From positions 120,932 through 184,931 of the forward strand of contig DAHUZP010000001.1 of the NCBI GenBank assembly GCA_027306505.1: a DNA stretch of 64,000 bases, given 5' to 3'. This DNA comes from Thermoplasmata archaeon (GTDB lineage: Archaea; Thermoplasmatota; Thermoplasmata; Lutacidiplasmatales; UBA184). The notes under the pieces were generated by a model that saw only the letters and a program-made list of their open reading frames with translations, was not told where the DNA came from and ran no database searches. The number at the start of each line of letters is the position of its first letter. Position 1 is the first letter of the stretch. The position numbers were made by a program, and so were the translations under genes. Of this stretch, positions 1 to 9,052 are shown one piece after another.

Positions 1-2967
1 TCGACGGTCGCGGAGACGGCGAGCTTCGATGTGCTCTCGGTCCCTGTCGTCTCGGCCCCGACGCCGAGCGTGCCCTCGGTCGACCTAGGACAGTCCGTCC
101 TCTTCTCCACCACCGCTTCGGGGGGTACCGGCACCTATCCGACCTACACTTGGTCCGCGTCTTCGGTCTTCATGGGGTGCACGTTCGCCAACGGTCCCTC
201 GATCAGCTGCGCGCCCTTCCGGGTCTCGGCGGGCTACACCGTCTCGGTGTCCGTGACGGACTCCGGAGGCAGGACCTCGGCGACGGCGATCTCATCGGCC
301 TTCACCGTGTACGCGGATCCCGCGCTCTCCACGCCCTCGGTCCAGGTGAACGGGACCGTGGCTTCCCAAGCTGACCAGGGAGAGACGCTCCTCTTCACGG
401 CCTCGCTCACCTCCTCAGGGAGCGGAGGGATCTCGAGCTACGGTTGGACCGCTCTTCCCCCTGGGTGCGCCGGAACGGGGAACACCGTGACCTGCACCGC
501 CTCCGCCGCGGCGATCGGGACCTACTCGGTCTCCGTGAGCGTGAGGGACTCCAACGGCGTCAGCGCGACCAGCGCCTCCGCGAGCCTCTCGATCTTCGCG
601 GACCCCACCCTGACCGGCTACGCCCTCCATCCATCGGCCGACGTGGGTCAGGGCGGGTACTTCGTCGCCCTACCCGCCGGAGGCTCGGGGACCTACACCA
701 ACTACACTTGGTCCGGGCTCCCCGGTCCGGAGTGCTTCCGCACCCTCTACTCCTCCACCGCGCACTGCGTCTTCTCCGTGTCCGACCTCGGGACGCTCAC
801 CGTGTCGTTGCGGGTCACGGACTCCACCGGCTGGGTGGTCTACGCCGGGCCTAGCAACTTCGCCTTCACGGTGTACGCGGACCCTTCGGTCTCCACCCCC
901 GCGATCACCGTGAACGGGACCGCGGGCAATACCGCCGACGCGGGCCAGACGGTCGGCTTCGCGACCACCCTAGTCAATCCGGGCAGTGGAGGGTTCTCGC
1001 AGTACACCTGGACGGGACTTCCCACCGGGTGTGCGGGGACGACCGCCTCGCTCACCTGCAAGCCCACCTCGACCGGCACGTACCTCGTCCGGGTGAACGT
1101 GACCGACTCCAACGGGGTCACGGCGACGAGCACCCAGGTCTCCCTCACGATCTTCCCATCGCTTGTCGTCCCCGGCCCTGGCCTTTCGGTGAACCCCGTC
1201 CGGGTCGGCCAGAGCGTCGACCTTTCCGTTACGCCGTTCGGAGGGGCGACCCCGTACGCGACCTACCTATGGAGCGGTCTTCCCTCCTCCTGCACGGGGG
1301 TCACCACCGCGACCCCGGTCTGCACGGCGGCTCCCTCAGACGTGGGGTCGCACGCGGTCTCCGTCCAGGTCACGGACGCCCTCGGCTGGAAGGGCGGCTC
1401 GCTCGGTTCGACCCTGCTCATCGTGGTCACGGGCAGCTCCTCCCCCACCGTATCCACGCCCATCGCGAACCGTTCCTCAGCGGACATCGGGCAGTCCGTC
1501 TCGTTCAGCGCCCAAGCTTCGGGAGGCAGCGGCGGTTACGTCTATGCCTGGAGCGGTCTGCCCGCGTCCGGCTGCACCGGGACCACCTCCGCGACGGTCA
1601 GCTGCGCCCTCACCGCCGCGGGGAAGCTAAGCCTCTCCGTCGTGGTCGCCGATTCCAGCGGAGCGAGCTCCCCGGCGAGCGGAACGCTCTCGTTCACCGT
1701 CTATGCGCTTCCCTCGCTCGCGGTCCCGACCGCCTCCCTCGCCTCCGGGGGGCTCGATGCCGGCCAGGGCGTCGACTTCACGACCACGATCACCTCCACA
1801 GGCTCGGGTGGCGCGGTCGTGGTCTGGACCTCGTCCTCCAACCTGCTCTCCTGCTCGTCGAACCCTTCGACACCGACCTTGCTCACCTGCCTCGCCACCT
1901 CCAGCGGGAACTACACCGTCACGGTCGAGGTCACCGACTCGAACGGGGGCAGGGCGAGCGCGCTCTCAGCGTCCGAAGAGGTGCTCTCCGACCCGACCGC
2001 CCCTGCGCCTGGCGCGAACCCCTCGACGGTCGACGTGGGAGCCTCCTCGACGCTCGCGACGGCGCCGTACGGCGGTGCGGGTGGCTTCTCGGTCCAGTGG
2101 GTCGGGCTCCCTGCCGGTTGCTCGGGCACGACGGCCTCCATCTCCTGTGCCCCTTCGACCGCGGGGACCTACCCGATCTGGGTCCAGGTGACGGACGCGA
2201 ACGGCCTCCAGGTCACCTCCCTGCCGGGGGCGCTCACGGTGCATGCGACCCTCGGGGTCAGCGCGAGCGCCTCCCCAACGCAGTCCACGGCGGGCGAGCC
2301 GGTCGCCTTCGCTGCGACCCTCTCGGGAGGGACCGCCCCGTGGTCGATCGCTTGGAACTTCGGGGACGGTGGCCGGGGGACGGGCGCGGGGGCGAGCCAC
2401 ACCTACGCAAGCCCCGGGACCTACACCGCTCGGGTGTGGCTCAACGACTCCACCGGAGCTTCCGTGTCGGCGACGGTCACCGTGACAGCGGTCGCAGCGA
2501 GCACCACCTCCACCCCGACCACCGGGGGAAGCGGCCTGTCCTCCAACATCCCCCTCTGGTGGTTGGTCCTCGTCCTCGTCGTGATGCTGGTGGCCCTCGC
2601 CGTCGCACTCCTGGCAAGCAGGCGCCGAGGGAGCGGGGCGGCCGGGGCCGCAGCGGCAGGCGAGGTCGGCGCGGAGGCAGAGCCCTCCGCCGAGGGAGGG
2701 GAGAAGGCCGTCGACGAGAGCTCCGAGACCGAAGCTCCCGCCGAGACCTCCAGCGAGACCGAGGCGGAGCCTTCCACCGTTGCCACGGAGGAGGGCGCGG
2801 CAGAGTACTCCGAGCAGAACGAGCCCACCGAGACCACCCCGGCCTCCGACCTCAGGGAGGGTCGAGCGGTCGAGGTGGACGAGTCGAACGATGGCCAGGC
2901 TTCCGAGGGGCAAGGCGCGGGCTCGGACGAGGTCACGGTGGACGAACCGCCCGAGGAAGGACCTTGA
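1..2967 (+). CDS. Cell-surface protein, 5'-partial, with about 10 tandem ~95-aa PKD/Ig-like repeats, a C-terminal TM anchor and an acidic cytoplasmic tail
   Basis: The reading frame is open from base 1. The repeat signature Y-x-W-x-GLP-x-GC ... GTY-x-V-x-V-x-V-x-D-S-x-G recurs, and the last repeat carries the PKD-like WNFGDG..HTY..PGTY motif. A hydrophobic helix LWWLVLVLVVMLVALAVALLA is followed by a Glu/Ser/Thr-rich tail. Confidence 0.6.
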   Translation, partial: STVAETASFDVLSVPVVSAPTPSVPSVDLGQSVLFSTTASGGTGTYPTYTWSASSVFMGCTFANGPSISCAPFRVSAGYTVSVSVTDSGGRTSATAISSAFTVYADPALSTPSVQVNGTVASQADQGETLLFTASLTSSGSGGISSYGWTALPPGCAGTGNTVTCTASAAAIGTYSVSVSVRDSNGVSATSASASLSIFADPTLTGYALHPSADVGQGGYFVALPAGGSGTYTNYTWSGLPGPECFRTLYSSTAHCVFSVSDLGTLTVSLRVTDSTGWVVYAGPSNFAFTVYADPSVSTPAITVNGTAGNTADAGQTVGFATTLVNPGSGGFSQYTWTGLPTGCAGTTASLTCKPTSTGTYLVRVNVTDSNGVTATSTQVSLTIFPSLVVPGPGLSVNPVRVGQSVDLSVTPFGGATPYATYLWSGLPSSCTGVTTATPVCTAAPSDVGSHAVSVQVTDALGWKGGSLGSTLLIVVTGSSSPTVSTPIANRSSADIGQSVSFSAQASGGSGGYVYAWSGLPASGCTGTTSATVSCALTAAGKLSLSVVVADSSGASSPASGTLSFTVYALPSLAVPTASLASGGLDAGQGVDFTTTITSTGSGGAVVVWTSSSNLLSCSSNPSTPTLLTCLATSSGNYTVTVEVTDSNGGRASALSASEEVLSDPTAPAPGANPSTVDVGASSTLATAPYGGAGGFSVQWVGLPAGCSGTTASISCAPSTAGTYPIWVQVTDANGLQVTSLPGALTVHATLGVSASASPTQSTAGEPVAFAATLSGGTAPWSIAWNFGDGGRGTGAGASHTYASPGTYTARVWLNDSTGASVSATVTVTAVAASTTSTPTTGGSGLSSNIPLWWLVLVLVVMLVALAVALLASRRRGSGAAGAAAAGEVGAEAEPSAEGGEKAVDESSETEAPAETSSETEAEPSTVATEEGAAEYSEQNEPTETTPASDLREGRAVEVDESNDGQASEGQGAGSDEVTVDEPPEEGP

Positions 2968-3081
2968 TCTGGGAGCCGAAGGGGGGTGCCTTCCCCCCGG
3001 CCGTCGCCGCCCCTTCTCCCCTTGGGGCCGGGTCACCCTGAGCGAGGGAGGGCCGATGACGCCCATCCTCAGGCATAGCAA

Positions 3082-3096
3082 GTTCCAATTTGGAAC
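3082..3096. promoter_or_regulatory. Perfect palindrome GTTCCAA-TT-TGGAAC in the intergenic region upstream of the hypothetical-gene/purQ pair; candidate operator
   Basis: The inverted repeat is seen directly in sequence and lies inside an AT-richer spacer (3060-3168). Confidence 0.3.
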
Positions 3097-3189
3097 GTGC
3101 ATGTCTCATTTTCGCGACATCCGTAACGCCGGGCTCACTACGGTAGGTCTCTCTTCAGCCTCTATCCCTTGGACAACGGGGAGAGAACC

Positions 3190-3687
3190 ATGACAGCCGC
3201 TGGAGCTTTTTCGATGGACGGACCGAGCCCGAACACGGCCACCGCTTCCCTATACCTATCGGAGACCCACCCGACACCGAGCCCTACCTTCCGGGCGGCG
3301 GTGACCTCGATCCTGGTGGACCGGGGCCGATGTGTGCTCTTCGTGGGCACCCCCGAGGCGCTCCTCGCGCTAGAAGAGGACCCTGAGGCGCGAGAGGCGG
3401 TCCCCCCCCGGCAACGGTGGGCGGGTCGCCCCCTCAAGGCGATCGCCCGGAGCGCGCGCAAGGGGTTCGACGAGCTCTTCCGGTCCGGCTGCAAGGACCG
3501 CTCCGTGCTGGGCGTCATGGCTCTGCCAGAAGAGGTCGTACAGGCGATGCTCTCTCCAGGGGGGCACGGCCGCTATGCCCTCGTGGTCGAAGGAGTGGAC
3601 CCCACCGATCCCGAGGTAGAGTTCGCGCTGAGCGGGATCCGTGCGCTCACCGAGCGGTCCGGGACCCTCCTCGCGACCTTTCCCTGA
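3190..3687 (+). CDS. Hypothetical protein encoded immediately upstream of purQ
   Basis: The ORF begins at an ATG at 3190 preceded by GGAGA and ends 55 nt before purQ. No recognisable PurS motif (LANPVIE-Y) is present. Confidence 0.4.
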   Translation: MTAAGAFSMDGPSPNTATASLYLSETHPTPSPTFRAAVTSILVDRGRCVLFVGTPEALLALEEDPEAREAVPPRQRWAGRPLKAIARSARKGFDELFRSGCKDRSVLGVMALPEEVVQAMLSPGGHGRYALVVEGVDPTDPEVEFALSGIRALTERSGTLLATFP

Positions 3688-3741
3688 GCACGTGGGGAGG
3701 AGGGCGAGAAACCCTCTTCCCCCGCTCCGGTTCCACCGGGC

Positions 3742-4575
3742 GTGGCCGAGAAGGGCAGTCGGATCGCGATCCTTTCCATCGAGGGGACGAACTGTGACGA
3801 GGAGCTCGCCCGGGCCTTCCGTCTCCTGGGGGCCCGCCCGGAGATCGTGCACCTCAAGCAGTTCGAGGGCCGGGATGTTCCCACCGAGAAGCTCCGCCGC
3901 CTGCACGACTATCGGGCGCTCATGGTCCCTGGAGGGTTCTCCGCCGGCGACTACGTGCGCGCCGGCGCAGTGCTCGGAGCGCGCGTGAAGAGCGTGCTCG
4001 GCAAGGACCTCGCGGACTTCGTCCGGGCCGGGAACTTGGTCGGAGGGATCTGCAACGGGTTCCAGGTCCTGGTCGAGATGGGCCTCTTGCCGGGCCGGAT
4101 CGGTGGGGCCGTGGGGGCTCCCCAGGCCGTGCTCAACACCAACGATTCCGCTCACTTCGAGTGCCGACCCACCCTGTGCCGCTGGGAAGGAGGGAACTTC
4201 CGCCCGATGAGCGGCCGCTTCCCGAAAGGCACCGTGTTCTACATCCCCTCCGCCCATGGCGAGGGCAAGCTGATGCTCGCCGGAGGAAAGGGGGCGAACC
4301 TTCCCGAGCTGGAGGAGAACGGCCAGATCCTCTTCCGCTGGGTCGATCCGGACGGGCGGACCGGGGGCTATCCCTGGAACCCCAACGGTTCGGAGGGGAA
4401 CGTCGCCGGGCTCTCCAACCGGGAGGGGAACGTCTTCGGTCTCATGCCCCACCCTGAGCGGTCCATCTCGGTCCTCCAGTACGCGGACCGCACCCGTCGA
4501 GGGGCCACGGACGGCCCTGGCGACGGTTGGAAGTTCCTCGAGTCCTTAGTACGCTATACCGAGCGTAACACCTAG
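3742..4575 (+). CDS. purQ: Phosphoribosylformylglycinamidine synthase I, glutamine amidotransferase subunit PurQ
   Basis: The product has a class-I GATase fold with a GICNGFQ catalytic Cys motif and a C-terminal HPER motif, and is PurQ length. The start codon is GTG. Confidence 0.85.
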   Translation: MAEKGSRIAILSIEGTNCDEELARAFRLLGARPEIVHLKQFEGRDVPTEKLRRLHDYRALMVPGGFSAGDYVRAGAVLGARVKSVLGKDLADFVRAGNLVGGICNGFQVLVEMGLLPGRIGGAVGAPQAVLNTNDSAHFECRPTLCRWEGGNFRPMSGRFPKGTVFYIPSAHGEGKLMLAGGKGANLPELEENGQILFRWVDPDGRTGGYPWNPNGSEGNVAGLSNREGNVFGLMPHPERSISVLQYADRTRRGATDGPGDGWKFLESLVRYTERNT

Positions 4576-4582
4576 GAGATCC

Positions 4583-5257
4583 ATGACAGAGGGACGGCCG
4601 GGCCCCAGGCTCCCGGGATCGTCGCTCGACGTGCGGAGGAACTGGTCCGCCACGTACCGTTCCACCGCCTTCGAGGACCTCCCGTGGTTCCGCCGTGAGG
4701 CGACCCCATGGATCACAAGGGCCCTCCGTGAACGGTGGATCGACCGGAAGGGGACCCACCTGGACGTAGGGTGTGGGGCCGGCAGCAACGTGCTCTATCT
4801 CGCTTCGCAGGGGTTGCGAGCGGTGGGCACGGACCTCGCGCCTGAAGCGATCCGCGCCGCGTCGGACCGCCACGCGAAGCTCCCGCGAGCGAAGCGGGCG
4901 CGCTTCGTGGTCGGGGACGCCCTGGAGCTTCCCTTCGAAGAGGCCGCCTTCAGCTCATCGAGCGACATCGGATGCTTCCATACGCTTCCCCCCGAGCGGA
5001 GAAAGGACTACGCCCGGGAGCTCTCGCGCGTGGTCAAGCCCGGGGGTCGGCATCTCCTGAGCTGGGCGGCCCGGGAGGAGACCGCAGAGCCTGGACCGCG
5101 CCACCGGCTCTCCGTCCAGGAGGTGGTCGAGGCGATGGAGGAACACTTCCAGTGCCTGCGCGTGGAGTACCAGATGCACCCCCGACAGTGGAAGGGTCTC
5201 CACACCTACTGCGCGGTCCTCGAGCGCCGCTCCGTGCCCCAGCCTGCCCCGCGATGA
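4583..5257 (+). CDS. Class I SAM-dependent methyltransferase
   Basis: It carries the motif I sequence LDVGCGAGSN and an acidic residue after beta-2 (VGTDLAPE), and is about 220 aa. Confidence 0.7.
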   Translation: MTEGRPGPRLPGSSLDVRRNWSATYRSTAFEDLPWFRREATPWITRALRERWIDRKGTHLDVGCGAGSNVLYLASQGLRAVGTDLAPEAIRAASDRHAKLPRAKRARFVVGDALELPFEEAAFSSSSDIGCFHTLPPERRKDYARELSRVVKPGGRHLLSWAAREETAEPGPRHRLSVQEVVEAMEEHFQCLRVEYQMHPRQWKGLHTYCAVLERRSVPQPAPR

Positions 5258-5270
5258 GCGGACGCCGGGG

Positions 5271-5963
5271 TCACCTGGCCTGCCCTGTCTGCCTGGATGA
5301 GGGAGCGGCTGAGCGGGCCATGAGCTCGAGCACCCAGAGGGTCTCCGCGGGAAGAACGCGGTCACCGACCAGGTCGACCACCTGCACCCTTGGGGCGGGA
5401 ACGGGCAGTCCTCGGGTCCGGATAGGGGCGCCGGGTAGAGAGGCCACCAGCAGGTACGCACGCCCTCCAGGGAGAAGGTGGTCCGGGAGGTCGGAGAGGA
5501 AACCTCGGACGAAGGCGAGCCCGTCCGCTCCCCCGTCGAGAGCGAGGTCGTGCCAGGGATCCGGGTCGTGGTCCTCTTCCCCCGTCGGAAGATAGGGAGG
5601 ATTGCAGGCGACCACGTCGAAGCGACCCAACCCGGCAAACAGGTCGGCCCGTACCGCTTCCACCTGCAGGCCCCGAAGCTTCGCTGACGATCGGACCGAG
5701 GCGAGCGCGTGGGGGTTCACATCGGAGCCAACGGCCCTTGCCCCGGCCCGGGCGGCGGTCAACGCGGAGAGGCCGAGCCCACAGCCCACCTCCAAGAATC
5801 GCTCCCCTGGACGGACCGAGAGGGAGGAAGCTAGGAGGACCGAATCCTCCCTCAGCGGGTAGACGTGAGGGGTCGGAAGCAGGTCCAGGTCACGGAGCGG
5901 CACCAGGGGGGAAGGACGACCCGGGGCCGCTTTAGCCCCTCCCCCCCTCCCCTCGGTCCCCAC
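5271..5963 (-). CDS. HemK/Mtq2-type N5-glutamine (release factor) methyltransferase
   Basis: It has the SAM motif LEVGCGLG and the NPPY catalytic tetrapeptide (VVACNPPYLP). Confidence 0.7.
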   Translation of the reverse strand: MGTEGRGGGAKAAPGRPSPLVPLRDLDLLPTPHVYPLREDSVLLASSLSVRPGERFLEVGCGLGLSALTAARAGARAVGSDVNPHALASVRSSAKLRGLQVEAVRADLFAGLGRFDVVACNPPYLPTGEEDHDPDPWHDLALDGGADGLAFVRGFLSDLPDHLLPGGRAYLLVASLPGAPIRTRGLPVPAPRVQVVDLVGDRVLPAETLWVLELMARSAAPSSRQTGQAR

Positions 5964-5989
5964 GCAGCGACCGAGAGAAGGGAAAGGGG

Positions 5990-7117
5990 ATGGAGGAAGC
6001 CACGTTGGAGGGCGGGGTCACGACCCAGCGTAGGGTGCAGGAGGGAGGGACCACCTTCCTTCTGCCGGGCTCGGGGCGACGCGCAGCGGAGAGGGGCCCC
6101 GCGCATCGGGCCCCCGTCTTCTACAATCCCGCGATGGCGATCTCTCGAGACCTCCACCTGTGCGTCGTGCAGGCGCTCCATCAAGCCGCCGGACGGCGAC
6201 TGACCATCTGGGACGCCCTCGCCGCTTCAGGGATCCGGGGCGCGCGGACCTTGGGGGAGACGTCCGCCGTCGAACGTCTGTTGTCGACCGACCTTCAGCC
6301 GGAGGCGGTGGGATGGTTGCAGAGGAACCTCTCACACATCGACCCCGAACGGTCGGTGGCACGGAAGGCGGACGCGCTCGAGGTCCCTCCGGAGGCCCCC
6401 TTCGACCTCATCGATCTCGACCCGTACGGGACCCCGATGCCCTTCGTGGACACCGCCCTCGCTGCGGTGCGACCGGGGGGAGTGCTCGCGGTCACGGCGA
6501 CGGACATGGCGGTGCTCGCGGGTCCCGAGAGGGAGGCCTGCCAGCGGCGGTACGGCGGGAGGCCGCTAAGGAACTACCTCTGCCGGGAGGCCGGGCTCCG
6601 GATCCTGATCGCCGCCATCGCCCGAAGGGCCTCGCTCCGGGGAAGAAGGGCGGTGCCGCTGCTGAGCTATGCGCGGGACCACCATGTGCGCAGCTACCTC
6701 AGGATCGACGTGGCGCGCGGGGAGGACGAGCCTCCGGTCCGCGCCGTGCCCTTCGAAGGGTACGACGGGCCTCCGCTGCTCCACGGGGTCAAGGGAGGAC
6801 CCCTGTGGACGGGCCCGCTCCATGACCGGACCATCGTGGAGCGCATGACCGCCATCGGATCCGCCGCGAGACCCAAGGAGCTTGACGCATGGCTGGCTCT
6901 GCTCCATGAAGAGTCAGGGTTGGACCTGCTCTTCTACTACGAGGCGGGAGCCGTGGGCAAATGGTTGGGACTGGACCGGCAACCGCCCTTGGCCGACCTG
7001 CTGGCCGCACTACGGAAGAGGGGATGGCTCGCCTGCCGAACGTCGATGGAACCCTCCGGCTGGAGGACGAACGCACCGTCGATCGAAGTGGCGAGGCTGC
7101 TTAGGGAGCTGGTTTGA
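5990..7117 (+). CDS. trm1: tRNA (guanine26-N2)-dimethyltransferase Trm1
   Basis: The hallmark motifs FYNP..M..SRD and DLDPYGTP are present, and the length is about 375 aa. Confidence 0.85.
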   Translation: MEEATLEGGVTTQRRVQEGGTTFLLPGSGRRAAERGPAHRAPVFYNPAMAISRDLHLCVVQALHQAAGRRLTIWDALAASGIRGARTLGETSAVERLLSTDLQPEAVGWLQRNLSHIDPERSVARKADALEVPPEAPFDLIDLDPYGTPMPFVDTALAAVRPGGVLAVTATDMAVLAGPEREACQRRYGGRPLRNYLCREAGLRILIAAIARRASLRGRRAVPLLSYARDHHVRSYLRIDVARGEDEPPVRAVPFEGYDGPPLLHGVKGGPLWTGPLHDRTIVERMTAIGSAARPKELDAWLALLHEESGLDLLFYYEAGAVGKWLGLDRQPPLADLLAALRKRGWLACRTSMEPSGWRTNAPSIEVARLLRELV

Positions 7118-7240
7118 GGACTTCCGCCGTCGGACGCCTTTCCTGACCATGTCGGCCGCAGGGTCCGAGGGGCGGGCATCATGTCGCGGGGCTCAAATAG
7201 TGCTTCCCGATGGAACTCGCCGTCCTTCATCGGGTCGGTC

Positions 7241-7315
7241 GGGACTGTGGGCTAGCTTGGTCTAGACTTGGGCGTTCGGGACGCTCAGACTCCGGTTCAA
7301 ATCCGGACAGTCCCA
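7241..7315 (+). tRNA. tRNA-Pro (anticodon CGG)
   Basis: The acceptor stem GGGACUG/CAGUCCC is perfect, and the T arm is UCCGG-UUCAAAU-CCGGA. The anticodon stem GGGCG/CGCUC carries a UUCGGGA loop with anticodon CGG at 7277-7279, the discriminator is A, and CCA is not encoded. The D stem is weak, with wobble pairs and one mismatch. Confidence 0.65.
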
Positions 7316-7679
7316 TACTGACATACGTTAGAGTCCCCCCCTCCTCACCCCGAGGGGAGGGGGGGCGCGTCTCGCCCTATGGCGAGTGCCGCCCATCGAG
7401 GACCGGCTCTTGGTGGCTTAGGTTGATCTTGAAGGCGCTGCTGTAGAGGCGAAGAGGAAGTCACGGTTTCAGGGGGCGGGTGAGCGCCCCCTGATACCGT
7501 GGCGCCCGGCCCGGCGGATCCGCGTAACGTTCTTGTCCTCGCCCGCCTACCGAAACAAGGCGAAACCAAGGTTCGGGACCATCGCGCCGTCTTGGCCCTT
7601 GAAAGGGCACCCATCGTTCCTGTCGGTGGGAACAGGACCCTGAGAAGGTACCGAGCTCCTGAGAGCCCATGGCCGTAGG

Positions 7680-9035
7680 ATGATCCGTCTCTGCATCAGC
7701 ACCCAGACCCCACCGATCCGTCCCCTGCCCGGAGCCCCGACCAGCCCGCATGCTACATGGACGCTCAACCGCGACTACGTCCCGCAGGTCGGGGGTGTGG
7801 TCCCGATGATGCGCGCGCTCCTCGGCGAAGGAAGCGGCTCGTGGATCGCTCCCAACCCACGATGGGTAGCCCTGGGCTCTCCGGGCATTCCCGAACATGC
7901 CCGAACCTCGGAGGGCTACGTGGTCGAGACGGTGCGCGTCCCGCCCAAGGAGCTTCAGCTCTACGGGAGGTTCAAGGAGCGGGTGTGGAGGTCGTTCCAC
8001 GGACCTGGGTTCCCCCAGTTCGTCCCCGAGGAATACCGTGCCTTCGTCTCATACAGCCACGCCACCGCTGACGCGCTGCTCGGCCACCTGGGTGAGGTCG
8101 ACCTCTACTACATCAACGACTTTCAGCAGATCCTGTGCGGGGCGATGATCGGCTCCGCCGCTCCTTCCCTTCTCCGCTGGCACATTCCCTTGGAGTTCAG
8201 GGGATACCCCGAGCCGGTACGACGGTTCTTCCTGCGCTTGATGGAGGACTACGACGCGATCGTCGTGAGCACCCGCTCCGCGCTCGAAGAGCTCATCCGG
8301 GCGGGCTTCCATGGCCGGGCCTTCCAGGTCTACCCGTACATCAATCCCGCCGAGCACAAGGTCGCCACCGCCGCCGAAGTGCAGGCGTTCAAGGATCGTC
8401 AGAAGTTGGGGGACGGCCCGATCCTGCTCTCCGTTTCACGTCTGGACCCGGTCAAGCGACAGGACACGCTGATCGAAGCCTTCGCCCGCGTCCGACGACG
8501 CTTCCCCGACGCGAAGCTTCTCCTGGTCGGGGGAGGTAGCTTCTCCACGCGCCGGCTCTCCCAACACGGTCTCCCCTCCAAGGCCGTCTTCTGGGAGGCT
8601 CGTCTCCGCGCTCTCGTCCACCGCCTTCGCCTGGACGATGCCGTGGTCCTGACCGGTGAGCTGAGCTCGGAGGACCTCCGTGCCGCCTATTCCTCGGCGA
8701 CCGTGTTCGTGCATCCAGCCCCATGGGAGGGTTTCGGCCTCGTCGTCGTGGAGGCCTGGCTCCGAAAGATCCCGGTGGTCGTGAGCCGAGGTGCCGGTGT
8801 AGGGGAGCTCGTGAACGACGATGTCAACGGCTACCTCTTCCCCCCGGGGTCCGTCGCGAGGCTCGCCTCGCGCCTGACCCGGATCCTCGCCCACCCCGCC
8901 CATGGGGAGCGAATGGGCGACATCGGGGCCCTGACCGCGCAACGTTGCTCTGTCCGTCGAGAGGCACCTAAGCTTCGCAGGATCTTCGAGCATTCGATCC
9001 GCAAGTACCGGCGCAGCGGTCTCCTTTCCTCGTAG
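7680..9035 (+). CDS. GT4-family (GT-B) glycosyltransferase
   Basis: The C-terminal GT1/GT4 signature is present (PVKRQDTLIEAF...LLLVGGG...E-x-FGLVVVEA). The true start may be the MMRALL codon near 7806. Confidence 0.75.
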   Translation: MIRLCISTQTPPIRPLPGAPTSPHATWTLNRDYVPQVGGVVPMMRALLGEGSGSWIAPNPRWVALGSPGIPEHARTSEGYVVETVRVPPKELQLYGRFKERVWRSFHGPGFPQFVPEEYRAFVSYSHATADALLGHLGEVDLYYINDFQQILCGAMIGSAAPSLLRWHIPLEFRGYPEPVRRFFLRLMEDYDAIVVSTRSALEELIRAGFHGRAFQVYPYINPAEHKVATAAEVQAFKDRQKLGDGPILLSVSRLDPVKRQDTLIEAFARVRRRFPDAKLLLVGGGSFSTRRLSQHGLPSKAVFWEARLRALVHRLRLDDAVVLTGELSSEDLRAAYSSATVFVHPAPWEGFGLVVVEAWLRKIPVVVSRGAGVGELVNDDVNGYLFPPGSVARLASRLTRILAHPAHGERMGDIGALTAQRCSVRREAPKLRRIFEHSIRKYRRSGLLSS

Positions 9036-9052
9036 CGGCGGTAGAAGCATCG

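Noticed and set aside
1029-3102. Long overlapping ORFs (1029-3041 plus strand, 1966-3102 minus strand) with Arg/Gly/Pro-rich translations
   Set aside because: They lie in alternative frames or antisense to the clearly repeat-structured surface-protein gene. Their composition is typical of off-frame reading of about 70% GC DNA, and no domains are present.
3169-3687. Possibility that the ORF upstream of purQ is PurS
   Set aside because: Position fits, but the ORF is twice PurS length and lacks the conserved C-terminal LANPVIE-Y-type motif, so it is kept as hypothetical.
7440-7680. Possible SRP RNA, RNase P RNA or box C/D sRNA in the spacer downstream of tRNA-Pro
   Set aside because: No conserved SRP helix-8 motifs, RNase P P4 sequence (AGGAAAGUCC-like), or paired C/D boxes were identified by eye. 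The question is left open and described under findings.
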